From IMG/VR virus record IMGVR_UViG_3300016469_000321: a stretch of DNA of 64,000 nt; one strand, 5' to 3'. A model generated the notes under the pieces. That model had not been told where the DNA came from. It saw only the letters and a program-made list of their open reading frames with translations, and ran no database searches. Made by a program: the position numbers and the translations under genes. Source of the DNA: an uncultured virus (IMG/VR IMGVR_UViG_3300016469_000321). Taxonomy: Duplodnaviria > Heunggongvirae > Uroviricota > Caudoviricetes. Below are positions 37,625-46,059 of the stretch, in pieces; positions within the stretch are counted from its first letter, which is position 1; the number at the start of each line of letters is the position of its first letter.

Positions 37625-39061
37625 ATGAATGCAAACACCACGAACGATAACGCCCGTGCCCGCTGGACCCGCCCCGACGGCACCACGCAGGACGGCCCCG
37701 CCGCAGACATGATGCGCGCCTTCGCGCAAGCCGGCTTCGTCGGCAAGCTCACCCCGGTCGACGCCGCGCCCGCAGCTGCCCCGCAGCCAGCCAGCCCGGC
37801 GCTCCGGCCCGGTGTCGACGTCGACCCGGAGGCCGAGCGTCGTATCAAGGCGGCCGAAGCGTTCCTCGCCTCGCGCGGCTTCGCGGCGCCGCCTACGTGG
37901 TTCGCGGCCGGCACGGAGATGCTGCCGGAGGGGCGCGCCAAGTTCGGCTCCCTCGCCCGGCGGCACGAGGAGCTGCCCGCGTTCCGCGACGCCGCCGCTG
38001 CGGTGATCGACACGATCAAGGCCGAGAACCGCAGGGACGTGACGCTGGGGGACGCGCGTTCGCTTCGCCTGCTGCCCGACGGCACGCTGACCCGCGGCAA
38101 GGCACCGATCCGGCTCGAACCCGCCGCGCTCAAGGGGCTGATCGGGCGCTGGCCGAAGGCGTTCCCCGGAGCCTACCAGTTCCTGTCCCTGCTCGACCCG
38201 GCGGCCCGCGCCGAAGCCGTCAACGCGCAGCTCTCCCGTCTGCACGAGTACTACCCGGAGGACGACGACCGCAACGTGCGGGTGCGGGTCCGCAACCTGG
38301 GCGAGGGGTGGCAGTCGTTCGCCGTCGTGTCTCCGTCGTACATGCCGATGGACGCGGACCGCATCCTGGCGCGCTACGTCGACGTGGTCGACGAGCTTGA
38401 CCTGCCCGACCCCCGCGGGACCGTGGCCTACAACGGTGAGACGACGGACGTCGTGATCCGCGCCTCGTGGCACGCTCCGCAGTCCTTCCGGCCGTCTGTC
38501 GGCGACGTCTTCGAGTCCGGGATCAGCGCGCGCACGAACGACGCCGGCGGCGGGGCGCACCGCGCCGGGAACACGTTCACCCGGATCGTGTGCATCAACT
38601 GCACGACCGTGGACTTCGGCGACGACCTGCGCCGAATCCACAAGGGCTCGAAGCACGGCGACATCAGCACGCTCGGCCTCGACCGCATCGGGCAGGACGT
38701 CGGGCGCATCGTGCGCCAGTCCGGCGAGGCGGCGCGGTTCTTCCTCGACCAGTGGGGCGTCCTCCGGAGCACCCCGATCAACGCGATCCAGGTGGGCGGC
38801 AAGCGCCACGAGAAGCCCGCCGACTTCCTCCGGGCGCTCGTGACCGGCGGCGACCTCGACGCGGACGTGGCCCGCGACACCGTCGTCGAGGCGCTGCTGC
38901 GCGGCTTCGCCGTCGAGCCAGGCGATACCCTCGCCGATGCGTTCAACGCCGTGACCCGCGCCGCGCACGAGGGCATGCTCGACGAGGCGCAGCGCTGGCG
39001 CATGGAGCGCGCCGCCGGTGCGCTGCTGCCGGTCCTCGCCCGCCGCGCTGCCGAAGCGTAG
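37625..39061 (+). CDS. DUF932-like protein
   Basis: 'AVVSPSY..VGDVFESGI..NDAGGG..RIVCIN..RRIHKG..AFNAVTRAAH' pattern. Confidence 0.65.
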   Translation: MNANTTNDNARARWTRPDGTTQDGPAADMMRAFAQAGFVGKLTPVDAAPAAAPQPASPALRPGVDVDPEAERRIKAAEAFLASRGFAAPPTWFAAGTEMLPEGRAKFGSLARRHEELPAFRDAAAAVIDTIKAENRRDVTLGDARSLRLLPDGTLTRGKAPIRLEPAALKGLIGRWPKAFPGAYQFLSLLDPAARAEAVNAQLSRLHEYYPEDDDRNVRVRVRNLGEGWQSFAVVSPSYMPMDADRILARYVDVVDELDLPDPRGTVAYNGETTDVVIRASWHAPQSFRPSVGDVFESGISARTNDAGGGAHRAGNTFTRIVCINCTTVDFGDDLRRIHKGSKHGDISTLGLDRIGQDVGRIVRQSGEAARFFLDQWGVLRSTPINAIQVGGKRHEKPADFLRALVTGGDLDADVARDTVVEALLRGFAVEPGDTLADAFNAVTRAAHEGMLDEAQRWRMERAAGALLPVLARRAAEA

Positions 39062-39103
39062 CCGGGCCGCGCAGGGGGGCACGGCGAACAGGTGCCCCGC
39101 CCC

Positions 39104-39132
39104 TTGACGATACCTTACCGCAACGCTATCAT
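39104..39132 (+). promoter_or_regulatory. Early sigma70 promoter
   Basis: TTGACG-N17-TATCAT with operator TACCG-CAA-CGCTA. Confidence 0.75.
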
Positions 39133-39158
39133 CTGTCTGCCACTCAGGAGAACCGATC

Positions 39159-39614
39159 ATGACTAACCTTACGGACGCAATCGCGAAACGCTACGACAAC
39201 CCTGCCGCCCTGTTCCGTAGCCTCTACAAGCACACCGACTGCGGCGCGCAGGCGGGCCTCCTCGTCGATGAAGTCAGCCACGCCGGCGGCACCCGCTGGG
39301 TCTACGATGCGCGCGACCTGCCTCGCTCGTGGGAGGACATCCACGTCCTCGCCGTTAGCGTATGGTCTGCCGTAGAGGGGATCGACGCGACGACGGAGAC
39401 GCATATCGTGTACGCGAAGGACGTGACCGACGAGGACTTCTATGAGACGTTGGACGCAGCCGTCGCCGCCGTCGAAGCGGAGGCCGCCGCGCTGTGGAAC
39501 GAGACGCACGGCTGCCCGACCTGCGCGGCTCATCATGGCGTCGACCTAACCGTGGACTACGCCACCGTGTGGGGCGAGTGTCCCGACTGCGGCGGGCGCG
39601 GCCACGCTTTCTAA
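39159..39614 (+). CDS. Early protein with C-terminal zinc finger
   Basis: AGGAGA RBS; CPTC...CPDCGGRG. Confidence 0.7.
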   Translation: MTNLTDAIAKRYDNPAALFRSLYKHTDCGAQAGLLVDEVSHAGGTRWVYDARDLPRSWEDIHVLAVSVWSAVEGIDATTETHIVYAKDVTDEDFYETLDAAVAAVEAEAAALWNETHGCPTCAAHHGVDLTVDYATVWGECPDCGGRGHAF

Positions 39615-39647
39615 CCTACCTCACCGACCAACCAGGAGAACCGACCC

Positions 39648-39878
39648 ATGACCCACGTCACCGACTACGCCAACGCCATGTCCGAGCTGTACGAGCTCGA
39701 GCCCGCGGCCTACGAGGATCAGGCCCGCCGCTACCTGCACAACGAGCCTGCCGCTGCTGCCCGGCACGCCTACAGCCTGCTCCTGAAGGCCGACGCCACC
39801 GACGACAAGCCCAACGCCAAGCGCCTCCGCAAGGCCGGCATGGCGCTCCTCGCGGCCGTCGTCGAGGGGGACGTATGA
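39648..39878 (+). CDS. Small early protein
   Basis: AGGAGA RBS; GC3-rich. Confidence 0.65.
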   Translation: MTHVTDYANAMSELYELEPAAYEDQARRYLHNEPAAAARHAYSLLLKADATDDKPNAKRLRKAGMALLAAVVEGDV

Positions 39879-40159
39879 TGCGCGCCGAGGACCGCGCGCG
39901 GCGCTCCGCGCACGACCTGTCCGTCGCCCTCGTCGGCATCATCGCCGACGAGGCGGCCTCCGCCATCCGTATCGTCGAGGCGCAGGCCATCGCGCAGCGC
40001 GCCCTCGCCGGCGCGGGCCACGCCTACAGCCGCGGCATGGTACGCGGTCACGAGGAGGCGCTCGTCGAGTTGCGGCGCATCGAGCGGCGCGTCACGATGG
40101 TGCAGGACGCGCTCCGCGAGGCGCGCATGGCCGCCGAGCGGATCGAGGCCACGCCGTGA
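39875..40159 (+). CDS. Small coiled-coil early protein
   Basis: ATGA overlap. Confidence 0.55.
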   Translation: MMRAEDRARRSAHDLSVALVGIIADEAASAIRIVEAQAIAQRALAGAGHAYSRGMVRGHEEALVELRRIERRVTMVQDALREARMAAERIEATP

Positions 40160-40238
40160 CGTGCCTCCTGCTGATCGTCCCGCCGCTCGCCCTCGTCGTG
40201 TGGGCGAGCGTCTGCCCGTACAACCCCCGGAGGGAACC

Positions 40239-40682
40239 GTGACCACACAAGACTACACCATCTCGCTGCGCGTGAAGCCCGGCGCACGCCGCGCCCAGCT
40301 GACCCTGAACACGCCCACCCGGCCGGGCCTCTGCGTCGTCCGGCCCGGCGTCGACGAGGCGCACGCCGTCGCCAACGCGCTGCGTGGCATGGCCGACATG
40401 ATCGACGCGCGCCGCCGGCAGGCGCTTCGGGACGCCGGCGCGACCGACTGGGTCCGGCTCAGCATCGACGTGGACGTCGAGGTCGAGGCCAGCCAGATCG
40501 AGGCGGCCCGTCGGGCTGAGACGGGCGCGCAGTCCGGCGACATGGCCGCCGCCCAGGAGGTCATGAACCTGGCGCTCGAATGGCTGGCGACCGCCATGTA
40601 CGACAAGGACAGCCGCGACTGGCAGTCCTTCGACTGGGCGCTCGTGGACGACTGCGACCCCGACGACTTCCCGGAGGCATGA
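40239..40682 (+). CDS. Early hypothetical protein
   Basis: GGAGG before GTG 40239. Confidence 0.6.
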   Translation: MTTQDYTISLRVKPGARRAQLTLNTPTRPGLCVVRPGVDEAHAVANALRGMADMIDARRRQALRDAGATDWVRLSIDVDVEVEASQIEAARRAETGAQSGDMAAAQEVMNLALEWLATAMYDKDSRDWQSFDWALVDDCDPDDFPEA

Positions 40683-40876
40683 TGCCGGACCGCGTCATCA
40701 TCATCGACTACACCAACTGGAAGGGAGAGCGGCGGCGCCGGACCATCCTGCCCCGCGAGCTCTGGTACGGGACCACGAGCTACCACATGACGCCGCAATG
40801 GTTCATCCGTGCGGTCGACCTCGAGAAGACGGCGGTGCGCGACTTCGCGCTCCGTGACATCCACTCCACCATCTGA
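40679..40876 (+). CDS. Stand-alone WYL-domain protein
   Basis: 'IDYTNWKGERRRRTILP..QWFIRAVDLEKTAVRDFALRDI' matches the WYL (Sm/SH3-like) pattern. Confidence 0.75.
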   Translation: MMPDRVIIIDYTNWKGERRRRTILPRELWYGTTSYHMTPQWFIRAVDLEKTAVRDFALRDIHSTI

Positions 40877-40888
40877 GGAGGACACCAC

Positions 40889-41197
40889 ATGCGGTACGAG
40901 ATCCACGAGAGCGACGCCATCACCATCGACGGTCGAAACGACCGGGGCATCGTGACCGGGAACGTCGACGTCTACCGAGGCCACCCCGGCTCGTACTACG
41001 AACCGGCGGAGGGTCCAGACATCGAAAGTGTCAACCTCACCTACGCCGACGGCACTCGGGTCGACTGCGATGACCTCACCGACGAGCAGTACGAAATCCT
41101 GCGCGAAGCCCTGCTGATGGCGGCCTACGAACGACAGGTCGAGGAGGCCGCCATTCGCTTGGCCGCCGAGGAAGACCGCCTCGACGAGGATTTGTAG
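40889..41197 (+). CDS. Acidic early protein
   Basis: GAGGAGG RBS; 'GSYYEPAEGPDIE' motif. Confidence 0.7.
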   Translation: MRYEIHESDAITIDGRNDRGIVTGNVDVYRGHPGSYYEPAEGPDIESVNLTYADGTRVDCDDLTDEQYEILREALLMAAYERQVEEAAIRLAAEEDRLDEDL

Positions 41198-41279
41198 GTC
41201 CGACCCCCGCCCCCGGCCTCGCGAGCGTCGTCTGGACGTTCGTCAACGCGCCGGCGTAGCGCGTCGGGGAGAACCGCCG

Positions 41280-41323
41280 AGGGCCGCCGGAGCATCAAGC
41301 ATCCGGCGGCCCTGCTGCGTTTC
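41280..41323. terminator. Hairpin terminator between convergent operons
   Basis: 12-bp stem AGGGCCGCCGGA/TCCGGCGGCCCT. Confidence 0.65.
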
Positions 41324-41406
41324 AGGCAGTCTCGTCAGGCATGGCTCCGCCAGGGAGGCACTTCACCCCGGTTGCGCGGCCATGTGACGCCCGCAGCAGG
41401 GATCCG

Positions 41407-42006
41407 TTATCCGCTCACGCGCTGGGCTGCAACGATCTGAGCGAGACGTTCGTCGAAGTCGAGGTCGACCTTGACCGCAGTCTCGACCGTGGTCGTCGAG
41501 GTCTTCGGCACCTCGACGAGGCCGCACCGGTCGAGCACCAGCTCGGCCGCCTTGAGCCGGTCCTTCGGCGTCACGGTGTCGTCGTTCATCAGGTCGACGA
41601 GCGTGGAGAGCGCCGCCTCCGCGGCATCCTCGAGCTCCTGGCCGAGTGTCTTCCGGCGCAGGTCGCGGCCCTTGTCGATGCCCGCCTTCATGGCAGGATC
41701 CTCGGCCCACTGCCACACGATGTGCGGCCGGAGCTTCAGCCGGCGCGCCACGTCGCGCACGGTGTACCCGGCGGCGAGGAGCTGGACCGCCACAGCGCGC
41801 GTCTCCGGGTCGTTGGAGAAGCGCGTCTGCTCCGCCAGCATCTCGACTACTTCCTGCTCGGCGGTCGGCGCCACGCGCGTGACCTTGGCGAGCTGGAGCG
41901 GGCCGGGAGCGGACGGCGCGACGACGTGGTCAGGCTTCGCCGCGTCCGGCAGGTCGACAGCATGGACGGTCGGGGCGGTCTGCGTGGGCTTCGGTTCGCG
42001 TGGCAT
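41407..42006 (-). CDS. Terminase small subunit-like HTH protein
   Basis: N-terminal HTH, then 'AALSTLVDLM..DRLKAAELVLDRCG' oligomerisation pattern typical of TerS. Confidence 0.6.
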   Translation of the reverse strand: MPREPKPTQTAPTVHAVDLPDAAKPDHVVAPSAPGPLQLAKVTRVAPTAEQEVVEMLAEQTRFSNDPETRAVAVQLLAAGYTVRDVARRLKLRPHIVWQWAEDPAMKAGIDKGRDLRRKTLGQELEDAAEAALSTLVDLMNDDTVTPKDRLKAAELVLDRCGLVEVPKTSTTTVETAVKVDLDFDERLAQIVAAQRVSG

Positions 42007-42084
42007 GCGTGAAGCATAACCGCAGCGGCAAGGGAACGGGAGGACGAAGATACCGGTGGACGCCCTCCCGTTCCTCGTGTATCC

Positions 42085-42609
42085 TTACGGAGCCGGAGGC
42101 TGCGCGCTTGGCTTCTTGTGCGCGTCCCGCCGGGCCTTCTGCGCCACCGCACGCTTGATGTGGTGGATGCAGAACGTCCCGCGCGCGTTCGCGATCCGGT
42201 ACTGGCCCGTCCGGCTGCACCGGATGCCGCCCTTCGGGTCGATCAGGTACGAGCATCCGTAGCGCACGGGCTGCCCCTTGTGGTCGAGGCGCTCGCGCCG
42301 CTCCACGTTGGCCGGCAGCGTGTCGATGCGGTTGACGACCTCCTCCGACGTGGTGATCGTGAGCCGGCGGAGCCGACGACAGAGGCGCTTCGCCCCGTCG
42401 TCGGGAAGCCGGTCGAGAAGGGCGCACGCCGCCAGGACGTGACGCACGCACACCTCCCCCTTGATCAGGGCGAGGCCGGACAGGATCGCCAGCGCATCAC
42501 CCTCGGCGCGCTGCCAGAACAGGCAATGCTCCGCCGTGGCCTTCGAGATCGGCACCTCGTACCAGTCGGGCAGCTGCTCGTAGATGCGGGGCTGGACACG
42601 CTTACCCAT
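42085..42609 (-). CDS. Hypothetical protein with C-terminal Cys/His zinc motif
   Basis: C..C..C-x-H-H cluster; overlaps the helicase stop. Confidence 0.6.
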   Translation of the reverse strand: MGKRVQPRIYEQLPDWYEVPISKATAEHCLFWQRAEGDALAILSGLALIKGEVCVRHVLAACALLDRLPDDGAKRLCRRLRRLTITTSEEVVNRIDTLPANVERRERLDHKGQPVRYGCSYLIDPKGGIRCSRTGQYRIANARGTFCIHHIKRAVAQKARRDAHKKPSAQPPAP

Positions 42610-44806
42610 CGTCGCCCTCCGCGTTCACGCCGGCGTAGTCGGCACGATCCATCTCGTCCACGGCGACCTGCGAGTCGACCGCGGTCCGGCTGATCTGGAA
42701 CACGCGCATCGGCGCACCGTGGATGCGGTGGATAGCAGCCCTGCTCTTGATCACCTTGTTGTGGCTGCGCCGGTCGGACAGCACGATCCAGTTGCGCTCC
42801 GCCCACCGCTCGATGATCTCCTCCGCCTGGAAGCCGAGCGGTTCGAGGATCTCGCGCAGCGTCGTCGGCAGCACCGAGATGCAGCCCCAGTCGTCGTCGG
42901 CCTCCCATGCGCCGGCCCACCCGCGCACCGGGATGATCGGCGACCCGCTGTTCGTCTTCTCGTGCCGGCCCCAGAACCGGGACTGGTTGGCGGTACACCA
43001 CGACACGACCTCGATGAGCGCAACGTGCGGCCGGTCCTTCTCGGACTCGATCCGGTTCACGCACTCCAGGGCGTAGGCCATCGCGTCCTCTTCGGGGAGA
43101 GGCACGCCGAGCTCGTGGTGCAGGATCGAGGACATGAGGTGCAGCGTGGCGAGGTTGCCCGCGTGCCGGCGTCCGATGGCCGTGCGGGCGACCGCGGCGT
43201 AGCCGTCCCGCGCCTCGCGCCACACGCGCCGCAGCTCGTCGTGCTGGTCGGCGATGGACACGAGGTAGTGGATCACCTTGCGGCCGAGGTGGCCGTAGTT
43301 CTGATGCACGAGGCGCGTCAGCTCCTCCGCCGCCGGCCCGCCCGTGCCGGTGTCGTTCCCCATCGGCTTGCCCGTGACGGACAGCACGCGCGCACGGGTG
43401 CCGCCGTCCTGCGAGAACGACGTGGCCGCGCTCTCGCCCGACGTGAGCATGATCGTGCGCCACGACACCGTCTGTCGGGTGCCGCCGATGGACCCGCGTC
43501 CGCGGCCCTGCCCGTTGGCGAAGTCGTAGATGACGTCGCGCACCTGCTTCTGATCCTTCGCCCGCTTCGTCTCGTCGAGGATGATCGGGAGGTTGCAGAG
43601 GAACCCGGACAACCGCTCGATGTAGACGCGGGTGGAGTCCCACGAGTACATGGCCGTCGGCGCGTTGTCGCCGGGCCGCCCCCACACGGAGGCGCCCACG
43701 CGCATCGCCGTCGTCTTCCCGCTCGACGTCTCGCCATTGAAGTCCACGATGAACGAGGGCGCGCCGAGGATCTCCAGCAGCGGGGCCGAGGCCGAGGCGT
43801 AGAGCGCGAGCCACATCGGGATGAACGGCTTCATCACCTCCATCGCCTCGATCCAGTCCTCCCACGTACCGGACGGCTTCCAGCCCTCGAGCACGGGTTC
43901 CATGCCCTCCGGCGGAGAGAGCTCGACGCCGCCGTCCTCCGGCCCCTGCTGCGTCGTGTAGAACGTCTCCGGCAGGAGGAAGCCCTGCACCCCGCCCTGC
44001 GCGATCCAGCCCATGCGGCTCGCCGCCTGGTGCGCGGCGAAGCGATGCATGTTCTCCGCCTCGAACTCCGCCAGCCACTCGACGAGCATGCCCGCCGTGT
44101 TGCTGGTGACCGGCACCTCGATGTCGGCGAGGCTGATCAGCTTCTGGCTGTTCATCACCATGCCGCGCTCCACCGGGCGCATCGTCCAGCCGGCCGGCGT
44201 GCGCCACATGAGCATGCGCTTCGCCGTCCCGGTCAGCACGTCGTGCGAGCGGCCCACGAGGAAGATCGGGGCCGTCGCAACACGTTGGCTGTTCGTCCCG
44301 CCGTCGGCGGCGGCCGACAACTTGAACACGCCGGTCGGGTCGATGAGGTAGCCGCGCGGCACTTTCATCATGTCGAGCATGCCCGGCTCGATCAGCGTCG
44401 GCGGAGGCGCACCGGCACCGAGCGCGACACCCAGCGACAGGAGCGACGGGTCGCGCGTGACGCCGATGGCACGGTCGAGGCTGGCCTTCCGCTTCTCGAT
44501 GACGAGACGCTTGAGCGCGTTGCGGAGGGCGCGCGTGCGCGTGGCCTGTCCGGGCAGCATCTCCACGACCGCGAGCATTGAGGACACCATGCTCTCGTCG
44601 GACATCCATGCGTCCGCGATGGCGCTAAGCGCCTCCGGGCGTTGGAGCGCGGCCCACGCGGCGAGGTGGTTGCTCTTCTCGCCGGACTGCACCTGGTTCT
44701 GCAACGTGCGGAGGAGGTCGAGCCCCTGCGACACGGTGTCCGGCCTGTCGTCTTCGAGGATGGGGCCGTCGCCAGCCACCGGCTCGTCGTTCTCTTCGGT
44801 GTTCAT
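42602..44806 (-). CDS. DUF927-containing replicative helicase (Cch-like AAA+)
   Basis: DUF927 'RMGW..FLLP'; Walker A GETSSGKTT, Walker B ILDE, 'NGQGRGR..SWR..TSGE', 'NYGHLG'. Confidence 0.8.
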   Translation of the reverse strand: MNTEENDEPVAGDGPILEDDRPDTVSQGLDLLRTLQNQVQSGEKSNHLAAWAALQRPEALSAIADAWMSDESMVSSMLAVVEMLPGQATRTRALRNALKRLVIEKRKASLDRAIGVTRDPSLLSLGVALGAGAPPPTLIEPGMLDMMKVPRGYLIDPTGVFKLSAAADGGTNSQRVATAPIFLVGRSHDVLTGTAKRMLMWRTPAGWTMRPVERGMVMNSQKLISLADIEVPVTSNTAGMLVEWLAEFEAENMHRFAAHQAASRMGWIAQGGVQGFLLPETFYTTQQGPEDGGVELSPPEGMEPVLEGWKPSGTWEDWIEAMEVMKPFIPMWLALYASASAPLLEILGAPSFIVDFNGETSSGKTTAMRVGASVWGRPGDNAPTAMYSWDSTRVYIERLSGFLCNLPIILDETKRAKDQKQVRDVIYDFANGQGRGRGSIGGTRQTVSWRTIMLTSGESAATSFSQDGGTRARVLSVTGKPMGNDTGTGGPAAEELTRLVHQNYGHLGRKVIHYLVSIADQHDELRRVWREARDGYAAVARTAIGRRHAGNLATLHLMSSILHHELGVPLPEEDAMAYALECVNRIESEKDRPHVALIEVVSWCTANQSRFWGRHEKTNSGSPIIPVRGWAGAWEADDDWGCISVLPTTLREILEPLGFQAEEIIERWAERNWIVLSDRRSHNKVIKSRAAIHRIHGAPMRVFQISRTAVDSQVAVDEMDRADYAGVNAEGDDG

Positions 44807-45597
44807 GTGACGTGATCCCTGAGATAGAGGAAGCCGCGGGGCCGGAGGAACCCGTTGGCACGGAGTTGCACGAGCGCGATGTTCATCGCACTACGACTGT
44901 AGCGGAGTTGCTCTGCCAACGTATCCAACGACGGCAGCGGGTCACCCGCATCCCACGCCGTGACGATGGCGTCGAGCGCGCGGTCGGGGCAGAAGGGGCG
45001 CCCCCCGCAGCCGGCGCGCCCACGGATCAGCCCCGTCTCCGTCGGCGTCGGGCCGTCGGAGATGATCCGGCGGCGGCGCAACTCGGCCACGTACAACTTC
45101 GTGTCCCGGTCGGTCAGGCCGACGGCGTCCGCCAGGTCGAGGACGTCCGTCTGAAGGCCGGCCGCCTCTCGGTTCATGATGGCCGCCTTGATCTTCGCCA
45201 CGACAACCGGCGCGAAGTCGAGCGACCTCGTCGGGCGGAAGACCCGCGTCGGCTTCACGACCACGGGGTACGGGATCTCCAGTCGCTCGCAGTACCGCAC
45301 GAGGCGCATGTAGAGCTTGCGCGTCGTGGCCTGCGACGGTTCCATGCCGAGCGCCTCGGCGATCTCCGGGTACTCCTTGCCCTGCTTCCGCATGGCGTAG
45401 ACCCGCTCGAGCTGGAGGTCGGTCGTGGTGTCCGCCCGACGAGACTTCGTCGGCTCGTAGCCCGCCGTCCGCAGCCGCTTGTGGATGTTGTTCACCGTGC
45501 AGCCCTGCTGCGCGGCGATGGTCTTCACGTCCGTACCGGAGCGCAACTGTTCCCACACCCGCTTGGCGCGCACGGCCGTCCACGGCCGTCCCTTCAT
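44803..45597 (-). CDS. Multi-HTH DNA-binding protein
   Basis: Four HTH-like segments (VKTIAAQQG, YPEIAEALG, VLDLADAVG, LDTLAEQLR). Confidence 0.7.
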   Translation of the reverse strand: MKGRPWTAVRAKRVWEQLRSGTDVKTIAAQQGCTVNNIHKRLRTAGYEPTKSRRADTTTDLQLERVYAMRKQGKEYPEIAEALGMEPSQATTRKLYMRLVRYCERLEIPYPVVVKPTRVFRPTRSLDFAPVVVAKIKAAIMNREAAGLQTDVLDLADAVGLTDRDTKLYVAELRRRRIISDGPTPTETGLIRGRAGCGGRPFCPDRALDAIVTAWDAGDPLPSLDTLAEQLRYSRSAMNIALVQLRANGFLRPRGFLYLRDHVT

Positions 45598-45803
45598 GGC
45601 TTCCATGCGTCCTCCGTGAAGGTGCCGTGCAGGATCTGGTAGTGCGCCGCGGTGTAGGCATGCTCGATGCCGAGCAGGTACGTGGAATACTCCGTCTCGC
45701 CACGCTGGCGCGCATCCACCTCGCCCTCGTGCGCCATGCGGGCGCGCCGCAGGCACTCCGCCGCGATGGCCTGGACTTCGGGGTTCAGTTCACGCTTCGC
45801 CAC
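45594..45803 (-). CDS. Small hypothetical protein
   Basis: GGAGGTG RBS; coupled to both neighbours. Confidence 0.6.
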   Translation of the reverse strand: MAKRELNPEVQAIAAECLRRARMAHEGEVDARQRGETEYSTYLLGIEHAYTAAHYQILHGTFTEDAWKP

Positions 45804-46059
45804 GCATCACCTCCTCCCACGCAGTCAAGTCCATCATCGACGTGAGCCGGGACAGCGCAGCGCGGGCCGCACGGATGCGGTCCTCGTGCGCCACCCGGAG
45901 CGTGGCCTCGATGTCACGCGCGATGCGCGACTCGAACTGGTTGGCCTCCTTGTTGCGGAGCCAGTCGATGTACTCGGTGTTCGTCAGCGCATCGAGGATG
46001 ATCTGCTCGTGCGCCTCGACCTGCGACTCAAACGTCGCGTACTTCTCGTACCTGTCCAT
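45790..46059 (-). CDS. Small helical hypothetical protein
   Basis: TGATG overlap with the upstream ATPase gene; GAGGTG RBS. Confidence 0.6.
   Translation of the reverse strand: MDRYEKYATFESQVEAHEQIILDALTNTEYIDWLRNKEANQFESRIARDIEATLRVAHEDRIRAARAALSRLTSMMDLTAWEEVMRGEA

Noticed and set aside
41198..41406. Possible tRNA/ncRNA in the convergent intergenic region
   Set aside because: Hairpins are present, but no cloverleaf with a T-loop and acceptor stem could be built; explained as a terminator region.
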